This document shows, one piece after another, positions 19,085 to 29,188 of a stretch of DNA of 64,000 nt. Each line of letters begins with the position of its first letter. Position 1 is the stretch's first letter. The stretch spans positions 63,170 through 127,169 of the forward strand of contig CANGPO010000002.1 of NCBI GenBank assembly GCA_947455705.1, read 5' to 3'. The position numbers and the translations under genes were made by a program. Source of the DNA: Actinomycetota bacterium. GTDB lineage: Bacteria; Actinomycetota; Actinomycetes; S36-B12; CAIYMF01. Under the pieces are notes generated by a model that saw nothing but the letters and a program-made list of their open reading frames with translations, was not told where the DNA came from and did not search any database.

Positions 19085-20851
19085 ATGTCTACGGTCGTTC
19101 ATGTGGGACACCAAACAGCTTTCGACGATCTCGGCACCCCGCTGTCAGAGGTCACCTTTGTCGTGGTTGATCTGGAGACCACAGGTGGTTCGCCCAGTGA
19201 TGCAGGTATCACCGAGATCGGCGCGGTCAAGGTACGCGGTGGCCAGATCATCGGTGAGTTTCAAACCCTGGTAAATCCAGGTATCCCGGTGCCAGCGTTC
19301 ATTGCCGTCCTGACCGGAATCACCGACGCCATGTTGTGTGATGCTCCACCGCTATCAGTAGCACTGCCTGCATTCCTCGACTTCGCAGCGGGTGCTGTCC
19401 TCGTGGCCCACAACGCCCCCTACGACATCTCGTTCCTCAAAGGTGGTTGTGCTCGGCTTGGCCGCGCGTGGCCAGATCACGCGGTTGTCGATACCGCACG
19501 ACTAGCTCGAGCAGTGTTGCTACGAGGTGAGGTTCGAAACTGCAAACTGGGCACTCTAGCCGCGTACTTCCGCTCAACCACGACGCCAAACCATCGAGCC
19601 CTCGACGATGCGCGAGCCACCGTCGATGTCCTGCACGGATTAATTGAGCGGGTTGGTTCACTGGGAGTCCACTCCCTCGACGAAGTCGTCACCTACACCT
19701 CGCGGGTCACTCCAGCTCAACGGCGTAAGAAGCACCTCGCCAACGGATTACCTGAGTTACCCGGTGTCTATGTGTTCCGCGATCACGACAACGGAGCCCT
19801 TTACGTCGGTAAATCACAGCGAATCCGCTCACGGGTGCGCACCTATTTCACGGCGTCAGAAACCCGTACCCGGATGGCTGAAATGGTCGGAATCGCCACG
19901 ACCGTCGACGCGATCGTGTGCAGTTCACCATTAGAGGCCGAGGTTCGCGAAGTTCGGCTGATCACGCAGCTCAATCCGCGCTACAACCGCCGCAGCAAGA
20001 ACACTGGCCGCGCGGTCTGGGTCAAGCTCACCGTCGAACCATTCCCGCGACTATCAGTTGTTCGAGAGGTTCGCGATGATGTGGCAGAAGGTGCGGCCTA
20101 CCTTGGACCCTTTGGTTCACGCAAGAGTGCTCTGGAGGCCATGGAAGCACTCCATGCAGCAATTCCGTTGCGGACCTGTAGCGAGAAGATCTCCGCTCGC
20201 CGACCATCGGCATCAGCATGCGTCCTGGCCGATATGGGACGGTGTGCGGCGCCATGTATTGGTGCCATTGATGTTGACGGATATGCACTGATTGCAGATC
20301 AGATGCGTCAAGCACTCACCCAAGATGGTCGCCTGATCGAACAGCCACTACGTGATCGACTAGGTGCACTGTCTACCGAGTTGCGTTACGAAGAAGCGGC
20401 CGCATGGCGAGATCGCCTTGAAACGTTTGCTCGCGGTGCTGCCCGCGCCCAGGAGATTGCAGCCCTCGTCGCCATGCCTGAGCTCATTGCCGCGCGGGCG
20501 CTGCCTGATCGGTCGTGGGAGATTCATGTGATCCGCTACGGCCGGTTAGCTGGGGCCGGTCATGCACCCGCCGGTACCGATCCTCGGTTGACGGTCGCCG
20601 CAGTGGTGGCAACAGCCGAACAAGTAGCCCCCAATCTGCTCACCGTTCCGGCCGGATTAATTGAAGAGAGCACTCTGATCCTGCGCTGGTTGGTCAGTGA
20701 TGGGGTTCGTCTCGTGCCCGGTGAGCATGACGTGGCGTGGTCGTTACCCGCCTACGGTGCATCCGGTCTCTTGGCCCGACTCACGCGCGCCAGGCGTGAA
20801 GTGGTTGTCCCCATTCCAGCGATGGACCGCAATCTGCGCCCCGCGGGCTAG
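19085..20851 (+). CDS. DEDD 3'-5' exonuclease fused to UvrC-like GIY-YIG nuclease (Rv2191-like)
   Basis: DLETTG, AHNAPYD, HRALDDA; GVYVFRD...LYVGKS...RVRTYF; Cys cluster LRTC...C...CAAPC. Confidence 0.93.
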   Translation: MSTVVHVGHQTAFDDLGTPLSEVTFVVVDLETTGGSPSDAGITEIGAVKVRGGQIIGEFQTLVNPGIPVPAFIAVLTGITDAMLCDAPPLSVALPAFLDFAAGAVLVAHNAPYDISFLKGGCARLGRAWPDHAVVDTARLARAVLLRGEVRNCKLGTLAAYFRSTTTPNHRALDDARATVDVLHGLIERVGSLGVHSLDEVVTYTSRVTPAQRRKKHLANGLPELPGVYVFRDHDNGALYVGKSQRIRSRVRTYFTASETRTRMAEMVGIATTVDAIVCSSPLEAEVREVRLITQLNPRYNRRSKNTGRAVWVKLTVEPFPRLSVVREVRDDVAEGAAYLGPFGSRKSALEAMEALHAAIPLRTCSEKISARRPSASACVLADMGRCAAPCIGAIDVDGYALIADQMRQALTQDGRLIEQPLRDRLGALSTELRYEEAAAWRDRLETFARGAARAQEIAALVAMPELIAARALPDRSWEIHVIRYGRLAGAGHAPAGTDPRLTVAAVVATAEQVAPNLLTVPAGLIEESTLILRWLVSDGVRLVPGEHDVAWSLPAYGASGLLARLTRARREVVVPIPAMDRNLRPAG

Positions 20852-20896
20852 ACGATCAACGACCTCGCGCGTCGCGTGTACCCGCCGACATCCGGC

Positions 20897-20912
20897 CGTG
20901 AGGCTGGTCACG
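20897..20912. promoter_or_regulatory. CRP/GlxR-like palindrome (or hairpin) upstream of the Lrp/AsnC gene
   Basis: CGTGA-GGCTGG-TCACG, centred about 35 nt upstream of the leaderless start at 20940. Confidence 0.45.
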
Positions 20913-20939
20913 GACGGGGCCGCAGCCTAGTCTGAGCAC

Positions 20940-21218
20940 ATGATCACAGCACTCGTATTCATCCGCACAGAGGTCAATAGCGTCAACTCCGTGGCTGAAA
21001 CCGTCGCGGCGATCGATGGGGTAAGCGAAGTCTTCTCCGTGACAGGGGATCTGGATCTTGTCGCACTGGTTCGGGTGCAATCCCTTGAGCAGGTGAGCCA
21101 GGTCGTTACTGGTGGCATCTCCAAAGCCCCCGGTATCACCTCAACAGAGACCCACGTGGCGTTCCAGACGTACAGCCGTCAAGACTTGGACGCCGCGTTC
21201 TCCATCGGCTTGGAGTAA
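20940..21218 (+). CDS. Stand-alone Lrp/AsnC ligand-binding-domain protein (no HTH)
   Basis: IDGVSEVFSVTGDLDLVALVRV...PGITSTETHVAF. Confidence 0.88.
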   Translation: MITALVFIRTEVNSVNSVAETVAAIDGVSEVFSVTGDLDLVALVRVQSLEQVSQVVTGGISKAPGITSTETHVAFQTYSRQDLDAAFSIGLE

Positions 21219-21293
21219 TTCGGCATCCGGGTCAGTCGTTCTTCGGGTAACAAACGTCGCGCGAGTAACAACGACGATGTGGCCCGGCTCGAA

Positions 21294-22385
21294 CTACGCG
21301 CGCAGGGCCTGCGAAACGTCGATCCAGCGGTTGAGCGTGCGTCCGGCTGCCCCGCTATCAATCGCATCCGCCGCTCGCGGTAGAGCATCGCGCAGGCGCT
21401 GCGTAACACTTCCCGCCACAGCGGTTCCTGTTGCTGCGTCATATGCGACCAACGCGCCTGCTGCCCCCAGAAGCACCGCATCGCGCACCGGATCAAGGAC
21501 AGGTGACCTCTTACCAGTAATCACTGAGCGAGCGACGGCAGCGTTAAACGCCGCGTCCTGCCCACGTAAGGCACCCGGCTCCGGCGCGGGGATTCCCAGC
21601 TCAACGGGGTCGACGAACTCCTCATGGACTCCCGAACCCGTGGCATCCCACACCCGCGAGGGTGCAGCAGTTGAGAGCTCATCAAGCCCGTCCTCACCAC
21701 GCACAACCAAGGCCTTGGTACCCCGCGCAGAGAGCACGGCGGCCATGAGCGGCGCCAACCGAACATCCGCACAACCAACGATCTGCGCGGCCGGACGCGC
21801 CGGGTTTGCCAGTGGCCCCAGGACGTTAAACACGGTCGGCAATCCGAGTTCACGACGAGCCACAGCTGCGTGGCGCATACCCGGATGAAATACAGGAGCA
21901 AAGCAGAAGGCGATGCCCGCCTGCTCAACACAGGGCCCGATGGCAGCCGGCGGCAGGTCGACAACGATCCCGAGCGCTTCGAGTACGTCCGCAGAGCCTG
22001 CTGCCGAGCTCGCAGCACGGTTTCCATGCTTGACGACCGGTGCGCCGGCAGCCGCAACCACCACAGCGGACATCGTGGAGATATTGACGGTGTTCGAGCG
22101 ATCCCCACCTGTGCCACAGGTATCAACCACGGGACCAAGGCCCCTGGGTAGCGTTACGGCGCCCGCATGATCAAGCATGGCGCCGACGAGACCACCAATC
22201 TCCTCGGCTGTCTCGCCTTTACCCCGCAGGGCAACTAAGAATCCCGCGAGTTGAACCGCAGTTGCGTCCCCCGACATGGCCTGATTCATTGCCCACACGG
22301 CCTGATCTTGTGAGAGATCCTCTCGGCGCAGCAAGGTAGCCGTGAGATCCGTCCACGACGTGGATGCGATGGTGTGAGAGCTCAT
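21294..22385 (-). CDS. trpD: Anthranilate phosphoribosyltransferase
   Basis: DTCGTGGD, NISTMSA, KHGNRAASS, GSADVLEALG and GLDE motifs. Confidence 0.96.
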   Translation of the reverse strand: MSSHTIASTSWTDLTATLLRREDLSQDQAVWAMNQAMSGDATAVQLAGFLVALRGKGETAEEIGGLVGAMLDHAGAVTLPRGLGPVVDTCGTGGDRSNTVNISTMSAVVVAAAGAPVVKHGNRAASSAAGSADVLEALGIVVDLPPAAIGPCVEQAGIAFCFAPVFHPGMRHAAVARRELGLPTVFNVLGPLANPARPAAQIVGCADVRLAPLMAAVLSARGTKALVVRGEDGLDELSTAAPSRVWDATGSGVHEEFVDPVELGIPAPEPGALRGQDAAFNAAVARSVITGKRSPVLDPVRDAVLLGAAGALVAYDAATGTAVAGSVTQRLRDALPRAADAIDSGAAGRTLNRWIDVSQALRA

Positions 22386-22415
22386 ATTCGGCGGCTTAGT
22401 AACTGCACAACGCGT

Positions 22416-22835
22416 TCAGTGACCGGTGAGCGCCGCACGCGGACGCAACAACGCCGCCGCCGCCTCGGCGACCAGGACCGGATCCAAGGGGTGCGGAACT
22501 ACGGCTTCGGCCTGTGACCAGGTAGCCAACCACGCGTCCTGCGGACGACCGGTGAGCAACAGCACAGGTGGGGCGTTGAAGATTTCGGTCTTCATGCGAC
22601 GGGCAATGCCCATACCGCCGGATGGCACGGCCTCACCATCGAGTACAGCAAGATCAATGCCCCCCTTATCGAGGTAACGAATCACCATGGGCTCGGTGGC
22701 ACATTCGATGTAGTCCACGAACGGCAAATCAACCGCTGGGCGTCGACCCATTGCCGCGCGCACCGTTGATCGAACGTTGGCGTCGTCACTGTAGATAAGG
22801 ACAGTCAATCGAGGCTCTGCGGCGTGCGAACTCAT
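22416..22835 (-). CDS. Single-domain receiver (response-regulator-like) protein
   Basis: VLIYSDD, LAVLDGE phospho-Asp, LLLTGR; leaderless TAGCAT promoter. Confidence 0.8.
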   Translation of the reverse strand: MSSHAAEPRLTVLIYSDDANVRSTVRAAMGRRPAVDLPFVDYIECATEPMVIRYLDKGGIDLAVLDGEAVPSGGMGIARRMKTEIFNAPPVLLLTGRPQDAWLATWSQAEAVVPHPLDPVLVAEAAAALLRPRAALTGH

Positions 22836-22884
22836 ATCTGCATGCTATCGGTCCTCGGCTGGATGGCTACCGTGCCGGGTCAGT

Positions 22885-22902
22885 TTGTGCAAAGTTTCAC
22901 GA
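22885..22902. promoter_or_regulatory. Rex-type (or CRP-type) operator between the receiver gene and ctaE-qcrCAB
   Basis: TTGTGCA-AAGT-TTCACGA vs the Rex consensus TTGTGAA-N4-TTCACAA (2 mismatches). Confidence 0.6.
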
Positions 22903-22997
22903 TCTTTGGCGGCCCTAGGCATGGTCACTCGCCACGCCCAATCCGAAATTAGGGGGGTGGGCGCGCCGATTACTCCAATACCTGCCAGAATCCATCC

Positions 22998-23603
22998 GTG
23001 GCGACTGCAACTGTGATTGACAATCATTCGGCTCATGCACCGGCGTCGAGGCCTGACATGGTCTCGGTGGGCACCATTGTCTGGCTGTCCAGCGAACTCA
23101 TGTTCTTCGCGGCACTGTTCGCGATGTACTTCACGATGCGCGCGGTCAATTACGACGTGTGGCACAACTACACCGAGCACCTGAACATCCCATTTGCCAC
23201 CGTCAACACCACCATCTTGGTGTTGTCCTCCGTCACCTGCCAGCTCGGCGTTTTCGCTGCAGAGCGCGGTGACGTCAAGAAGTTGCAGATGTGGTTCATC
23301 ATCACGTTCATCATGGGCTCTATCTTCGTTGCCGGTCAGATCACTGAGTACTCAGAGCTTGTGCGAGAAGGGATTACGCTCTCTTCATCTGCCTACGGCT
23401 CGGTCTTCTACCTCACCACCGGCTTCCACGGTATGCACGTCACCGGCGGTCTCATCGCCTTCCTGTTCGTACTGGCGCGCACGTACGTATCTCGCCGATT
23501 TACCCACCGTCAGGCCACCACCGCCATCGTCGTGTCGTATTACTGGCACTTCGTCGATGTCGTCTGGATCGGCCTATTCACGATGATTTACCTGATCCGC
23601 TAG
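22998..23603 (+). CDS. ctaE: Cytochrome c oxidase subunit III
   Basis: [17 protein letters not shown] and YWHFVDVVW motifs. Confidence 0.96.
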   Translation: MATATVIDNHSAHAPASRPDMVSVGTIVWLSSELMFFAALFAMYFTMRAVNYDVWHNYTEHLNIPFATVNTTILVLSSVTCQLGVFAAERGDVKKLQMWFIITFIMGSIFVAGQITEYSELVREGITLSSSAYGSVFYLTTGFHGMHVTGGLIAFLFVLARTYVSRRFTHRQATTAIVVSYYWHFVDVVWIGLFTMIYLIR

Positions 23604-23677
23604 TACGTCATTACCTCGCACGCACCATCGAGTCCCGCACCGAAACCGAACGAGATCAAGAGAGAAAAAGGGCGCAC

Positions 23678-24460
23678 GTGACCAGCACCTCAGTTCGACG
23701 CAACAAGGCCACCGGCCTGGTCGTCCTACTCGCCGGCTTAGTGATGACCGGCGTTGGGTACGCAGCCGTCACCAGCACTGCCGAGGCGTCTGTGACGACT
23801 GCGTCACAGACCCAAATCGATCAGGGTAAGCAACTCTTCCAACAGGGCTGCGCTACCTGCCACGGTTTGGCAGCCCAAGGCTCGTCTGAGGGCCCGAGTC
23901 TGATTGGCGTTGGCGCCGCGGCGGTAAACTTCCAGGTTTCGACGGGGCGCATGCCTATGGCTGCTCCGGCCAACCAGGCTCCTCAAAAGCCCCCGATTTA
24001 CACCGACGAGCAGATTGCTGCGTTGGCGTCCTATGTTGCCTCGCTCGGCCCCGGCCCAGCAGTGCCTTCTGATGAAGATCTCAACACCTCAGATGCAAAC
24101 CTCGCTGAAGGTGGCGTTCTCTTCCGTACAAACTGCGCCCAGTGCCACAACTTCGCCGGCCGCGGTGGAGCACTCAGTAACGGTAAGTACGCCCCCAACA
24201 TGATGGGTGCCACCCCACGTCAGATCTACGAAGCCATGCTCACCGGACCCCAAAACATGCCGGTGTTCAATGACAAAACCCTGCCGCCAGCTCAAAAGCG
24301 GGCCATCTTGAAGTACATCAATGAGCTCCAGACGGCCCCGAGCCCCGGTGGCTTGGCATTGGGCTCGCTCGGACCGGTAACCGAGGGAATCTTCATCTGG
24401 ACTGCGGGTCTGGGTGCGCTTCTGGCCGTTGCCGTGTGGATTGGAGCGAAGGTTCGATGA
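23678..24460 (+). CDS. qcrC: Cytochrome bcc diheme cytochrome c
   Basis: Two CxxCH motifs (CATCH, CAQCH); GRMP; N- and C-terminal TM helices. Confidence 0.96.
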   Translation: MTSTSVRRNKATGLVVLLAGLVMTGVGYAAVTSTAEASVTTASQTQIDQGKQLFQQGCATCHGLAAQGSSEGPSLIGVGAAAVNFQVSTGRMPMAAPANQAPQKPPIYTDEQIAALASYVASLGPGPAVPSDEDLNTSDANLAEGGVLFRTNCAQCHNFAGRGGALSNGKYAPNMMGATPRQIYEAMLTGPQNMPVFNDKTLPPAQKRAILKYINELQTAPSPGGLALGSLGPVTEGIFIWTAGLGALLAVAVWIGAKVR

Positions 24461-25485
24461 GTAACGATCACAAGACAGACGTAGCCACCACCGGGATTGT
24501 CGAAGGCGACATCGTCGAGTTCCCGCTTCCGCCACATCACCACCGCCTGACCGACACTGACCCTCGCGCTGCCCGCCGTGCGGAGCGTCAGGTGTCCATC
24601 ATGTTCATCCTTTCGGCGCTGTGCATCATCGGCTTTGTTGTTGCATACGTAGCGATTCCAGAGACGTCGTACATCGACCTCGGCCCCGTTGGAACGCTTC
24701 AGACCTCAAACCTGATGCTGGGTCTCACGTTCGGCTTGGCCACGTTGCTGATCGGCATCGCTGCGATCCACTGGGCAAAGAAGCTGATGTCGGACGAAGA
24801 AATCGTCGACTACCGCCACCCGGTTGGTTCACCGCAGGAAGACCGTGACGCCGCAAAGGCTGCCTTTGATGCTGGCGTTGCTGAATCAGGTTTCGTCGAG
24901 CGCAAGATGGTGCGACGCACTCTTCTGGGCGCACTCGCACTGTTCCCGCTCCCATTGATCGTCATGCTCAAGGACATGGGGCCGCTGCCAGGTGACTCAC
25001 TACGCCACACCATCTGGCGCAAGGGAAGCCGCATCGTGGTGGACGTTACGGGTCAGCCCCTTCGTCCCGAGGACATGCAGGTTGGTTCATTGGTGTCTGC
25101 ATCGCCCGCCGACCTCAATGAGATTCAGGAAGCTGACGGCGACCAGAACGCACGCGCGAAGGCATCAATCATCCTCGTACGCATGAAGCCTTCGGACATC
25201 GTGTCCGAGCAGGGTGACGGTTGGTCATGGAACGGCATCTTGGCCTTCTCCAAGATTTGCACCCACGTTGGCTGCCCCATCGCGCTCTACCAGCAGCGCA
25301 CCCACCACCTGCTCTGCCCATGCCACCAATCGACCTTCGATCTTGCCGATTCAGGCAAGGTTGTTTTCGGACCAGCAGCTCGGGCAATGCCACAGCTTCC
25401 GATCACAGTCGACAGCGAGGGCTACCTCGTGGCCCAAAGTGATTTCCAGCAACCCGTCGGACCCAGCTTCTGGGAGCGTGCATGA
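24457..25485 (+). CDS. qcrA: Cytochrome bcc Rieske Fe-S subunit
   Basis: CTHVGC and CPCH Rieske boxes; three TM helices; ATGA overlap with qcrC. Confidence 0.96.
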   Translation: MSNDHKTDVATTGIVEGDIVEFPLPPHHHRLTDTDPRAARRAERQVSIMFILSALCIIGFVVAYVAIPETSYIDLGPVGTLQTSNLMLGLTFGLATLLIGIAAIHWAKKLMSDEEIVDYRHPVGSPQEDRDAAKAAFDAGVAESGFVERKMVRRTLLGALALFPLPLIVMLKDMGPLPGDSLRHTIWRKGSRIVVDVTGQPLRPEDMQVGSLVSASPADLNEIQEADGDQNARAKASIILVRMKPSDIVSEQGDGWSWNGILAFSKICTHVGCPIALYQQRTHHLLCPCHQSTFDLADSGKVVFGPAARAMPQLPITVDSEGYLVAQSDFQQPVGPSFWERA

Positions 25486-27152
25486 GTGCCGTCGTTGACG
25501 AAGTAGGCAAGGCGATTGGTCGCGCCGATGAGCGTGCCCCCATCTCCTCGCTTTTGAAGGACAACCTGCGCAAGGTGTTCCCCGATCACTGGTCGTTCAT
25601 GCTCGGTGAAATCGCGCTGTACTCCTTCATCATCCTGCTGCTCACGGGCGTGTACCTGACCATCTGGTATCAACCGTCGATGCAGGAAGTTGTGTACCAC
25701 GGTTCATACCAGCCACTGGTCGGTATTCCGATGTCAGAGGCGTACAACTCGGCCCTGCACATCAGTTTTGACGTCCGCGGTGGCCTACTTATCCGCCAGA
25801 TCCACCACTGGGCGGCACTGTTCTTCATGGCCGCCATGGCAGTGCACATGTTCCGCATCTTCTTCACCGGAGCATTCCGCAAGCCACGCGAGTTCAACTG
25901 GGTCATCGGTGGATCCATGATCTTGATCGGCCTACTGGAAGGTTTCGCCGGTTACTCCCTGCCTGACGACCTGCTCTCTGGCGTGGGTGTTCGCATCGTC
26001 GCTGGAATCATCGAGTCAATCCCGGTTGTGGGAACGTACCTGCTGTTCTTCATCTTCGGCGGCCAGTACCCCGGTCACGATTTCATTCCGCGCCTCTACA
26101 CGTTCCACGTACTTCTCGTTCCCGGGATCTTACTGGCGAGCGTGGGTCTGCACCTGGTGTTGATCTTCTACCACAAGCACACGCAGTACCCTGGCCCCGG
26201 CCGAACGAATGAGAACGTCGTAGGCTTCCCCCTCTTCCCGGTTTACACCGCGAAGGCCGGCGGCTTCTTCTTCATCGTCTTCGGTGTCACGGTGCTCATG
26301 GCAGCGTTGGTGACGATCAACCCGATTTGGGCGTATGGACCGTACGTCCCCGATCAAGTAACGGCTGGATCTCAGCCTGACTGGTATATCGGGTTCGTCG
26401 ACGGAGCCCTTCGAGCGTTCCCGAACTGGGAATGGGAGGACTTCCTGGGGCACACCTGGAGTTGGAACATCCTCCTGCCCTGTGTCGTTATGCCTGGCAT
26501 TTTGGTCACCTTGCTTCTGTCCTACCCGTTCTTGGAAGCCTGGATTACCGGTGACACCCGCGAGCATCACCTGCTCGATCGTCCCCGTAACGCGGCCACC
26601 CGCACTGGCTTGGGCGTCATGGCCATCACCTTCTACGGCATCTTGGTCATCAACGGTGCCAACGACATTGTGGCTCAGGCATTCAACCTGTCGATCAACC
26701 AGTTGACGTGGTTCACGCGCATCGGCGTGTTCGTGATTCCACCGTTGGCCTTCATCGCAACGCGCCGCTTCTGCCTTGGCTTGCAGCGCCGTGACCGCGA
26801 TCTACTCATGCATGGTCGTGAGAGCGGTCAGATCCTGCGTCTCCCCCACGGTGAATTCATTGAGATCCACACACCGATCTCAGATGAAGAGAAGGCCGTA
26901 ATCTTGGCCAAGCGCGATATCGCACCGATCGAAGCACCACCTGAGACGGACGAGAACGGCGTCAAGACCCCGGGTCTTCGGGCCAAGAAGTGGCGTGCGA
27001 AGCTGTCGAACGCGTACTTCGGTGAGAATGTTCAACGTCCTACTCTCGCCGAGATCGAGGCAGCCGAGCACCATCACCACGATGAGGTCGCTCACGAGAT
27101 CGACGTACTTCACGAGGCTGGTGCGCCCGTTCCATCGGAGCTCACAGACTAA
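25482..27152 (+). CDS. qcrB: Cytochrome bcc cytochrome b subunit
   Basis: HWSFMLGE, heme His residues (IHHW, VHM, FHV, LHL), PDWY Qo motif. Confidence 0.97.
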   Translation: MSAVVDEVGKAIGRADERAPISSLLKDNLRKVFPDHWSFMLGEIALYSFIILLLTGVYLTIWYQPSMQEVVYHGSYQPLVGIPMSEAYNSALHISFDVRGGLLIRQIHHWAALFFMAAMAVHMFRIFFTGAFRKPREFNWVIGGSMILIGLLEGFAGYSLPDDLLSGVGVRIVAGIIESIPVVGTYLLFFIFGGQYPGHDFIPRLYTFHVLLVPGILLASVGLHLVLIFYHKHTQYPGPGRTNENVVGFPLFPVYTAKAGGFFFIVFGVTVLMAALVTINPIWAYGPYVPDQVTAGSQPDWYIGFVDGALRAFPNWEWEDFLGHTWSWNILLPCVVMPGILVTLLLSYPFLEAWITGDTREHHLLDRPRNAATRTGLGVMAITFYGILVINGANDIVAQAFNLSINQLTWFTRIGVFVIPPLAFIATRRFCLGLQRRDRDLLMHGRESGQILRLPHGEFIEIHTPISDEEKAVILAKRDIAPIEAPPETDENGVKTPGLRAKKWRAKLSNAYFGENVQRPTLAEIEAAEHHHHDEVAHEIDVLHEAGAPVPSELTD

Positions 27153-27164
27153 GGTCTGCATAAC

Positions 27165-27212
27165 AATCGCAGAGGGCGTCCAGACATGGTCTGGACGCCC
27201 TCTGCGATTTTT
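27165..27212. terminator. Bidirectional intrinsic terminator after qcrB
   Basis: Perfect 21-bp stem AATCGCAGAGGGCGTCCAGAC-ATG-GTCTGGACGCCCTCTGCGATT plus TTT, between convergent genes. Confidence 0.9.
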
Positions 27213-27240
27213 GACTGACACGTCTGCCCGGCCATCGCCA

Positions 27241-27744
27241 TCAGGTGACGCAAGCAAGCACCTCGTTAACTACGGCGTCCAGCGGTCCACGCGCGTCAAT
27301 CGTCGAACAGGGGCCGACCCAGGGCTCATACGTCGCGGCTCGTGCGCACACGTGCTCCCACGTAGGTTCACTGATCATGGACAGACCTCGCTCGCGGCCT
27401 TCAAGGCGACGTCGATGCTCGCGCTCGTCGGGCAGTGTCAACAGCACGAAGCGGACGGTTGTGCCCGTCTCCCCCGCAGCCCGACGCCACGTATCACGAG
27501 CCAATTCACTGTCATTGACTGCATCCACCACGACAGGCAGACCAAGCATGAGATTGTGCTGGGCCATTACTCGTACTACTTCATAGGCGGCGACCCCCGT
27601 CGACCAGCCCTTTTCCAACCCTGATTCGAGCATCGCATTCTCTACTGGATCGATCGACAGGTGTACCGCTCCCAGCCGTTGCGCCAGAATGTGAGCGACA
27701 GTTGTCTTCCCCGTTCCTGGCAGCCCTGACACGACGATGAACAC
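27241..27744 (-). CDS. P-loop small-molecule/nucleotide kinase (AAA_33-like)
   Basis: VVSGLPGTGKTT Walker A, VVVDAVN, RRRLEGR lid. Confidence 0.8.
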   Translation of the reverse strand: MFIVVSGLPGTGKTTVAHILAQRLGAVHLSIDPVENAMLESGLEKGWSTGVAAYEVVRVMAQHNLMLGLPVVVDAVNDSELARDTWRRAAGETGTTVRFVLLTLPDEREHRRRLEGRERGLSMISEPTWEHVCARAATYEPWVGPCSTIDARGPLDAVVNEVLACVT

Positions 27745-27816
27745 TCGAGCAATACTGCCTGCTCGGATGTCCGATGTCTCGATATCAGAGGTGTTGCGGC
27801 GCAGCGGAACGTCGAA

Positions 27817-29001
27817 TCAAGCGCTCGTGAGCGCCGATCCCTCGGCCCAGCGGTGTAACGAAATGTTCCACATTCCGATGCCGTTAAAGCCCTCCATCGG
27901 GCGATTACTCCCGGTGTACACCACGACATCTCCGATTTTGGAGTTGTGATAGAGCCAGGCAGCATTACCGATGCTCATACCAGTACAGCCATGGGAGACA
28001 TTGGCGTGGCCTTGAGCGCCTACCGACCATGGGGCCGCGTGTAAGAACTCTCCCGAATCAGTCAGACGCATCGCATACTCGACGGTGAGTCGGTAGTACT
28101 CGGGGTCGGTCTTGTTAGTGCCTCCGGTGGATGCATCCATCAACCGAGTACGTTCCTTGTTCTCAATCACTTTCACACCGGACCGCGTATCAAAGCCCGG
28201 CTTACCGGTGGTAATCGGGATGACGCGAATCGTTTGTCCGTTGCGAGTGAAGCGCAGTTGGTGGGTCTTCATATCGACGTACGAAATATTCGCATCACCG
28301 GTGCGGAAGGTGACCTTCGTATCGTCCTGACCCCACAAGCCCTTGGTGATTTGAACGCCCTTAGCATTCGACCCCACCGTGATCGTGGCATTGCCCGGCC
28401 AGAAGTCCTTCGGCCGGAACATCACCGTGTTGTCGTTGATCCAATTCCACGCACCATCTGCGGCGGTTCCGTCGACGAGGATGTCGAGGGTCTTTTCAAA
28501 AGCTGCCCGAGTCTTGTCCGTCTTGAGACGATGATTGACCGTGACGGTGATCGGCATGCCCACCCCGTACACCGAGTCTTGAGATGGGAAGACGTCTGCG
28601 GTCAAGAACTCGGACGGCTTCACGGTGGCGAAGGACGTCGTGTAGGTCATGGGTAGCCCCGAATGGTCAACCGCCGAAGCCTTCACCGAGTAGTCCGACG
28701 CATAGTCCAACTGACCTGCTGGAGCCTTCCAGGACGTCCCGTCAGCGGAGATTTCGCCGGGGATAGGTCCGTTGGGACCTTGAACGACTACGTTCGTCAG
28801 GCGGCCCTGTGCTGCTGCCAAGGTCAATGGTAGGGATGGGGCCACGGGCTGATCGGTGGACGGTGTTGGCTCGAGACTGATCTGGGCCACCGACGTGGTC
28901 TCATCAGCGCCCGCGTGCACGCTGAGTTGGCCTGTAGAGCAACCGGTGAGAGCAAGTGCCCCCACAACCACGATGGGCACTGCCCAGCGTGTAGCCCCCA
29001 T
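27817..29001 (-). CDS. ldt: L,D-transpeptidase lipoprotein
   Basis: Lipobox LTGC, Ig-like domains, FLHAAPW...SHGC catalytic motif. Confidence 0.93.
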   Translation of the reverse strand: MGATRWAVPIVVVGALALTGCSTGQLSVHAGADETTSVAQISLEPTPSTDQPVAPSLPLTLAAAQGRLTNVVVQGPNGPIPGEISADGTSWKAPAGQLDYASDYSVKASAVDHSGLPMTYTTSFATVKPSEFLTADVFPSQDSVYGVGMPITVTVNHRLKTDKTRAAFEKTLDILVDGTAADGAWNWINDNTVMFRPKDFWPGNATITVGSNAKGVQITKGLWGQDDTKVTFRTGDANISYVDMKTHQLRFTRNGQTIRVIPITTGKPGFDTRSGVKVIENKERTRLMDASTGGTNKTDPEYYRLTVEYAMRLTDSGEFLHAAPWSVGAQGHANVSHGCTGMSIGNAAWLYHNSKIGDVVVYTGSNRPMEGFNGIGMWNISLHRWAEGSALTSA

Positions 29002-29188
29002 GCTTACCTCGCACCCTAGAAATGACATCGTGAACAGCCACGGACATGGCGTCCTGTGTCAATTCACTCAGTGTCCGTCGCTACCTGTCGATATGTCCAG
29101 TTCGACACGACGCAACAACGCTAATCCACAACGAAATCTCAGCCCGTCCTCAGATGTGGTCGTATCGGCCGACCACTGCCTACACGCG

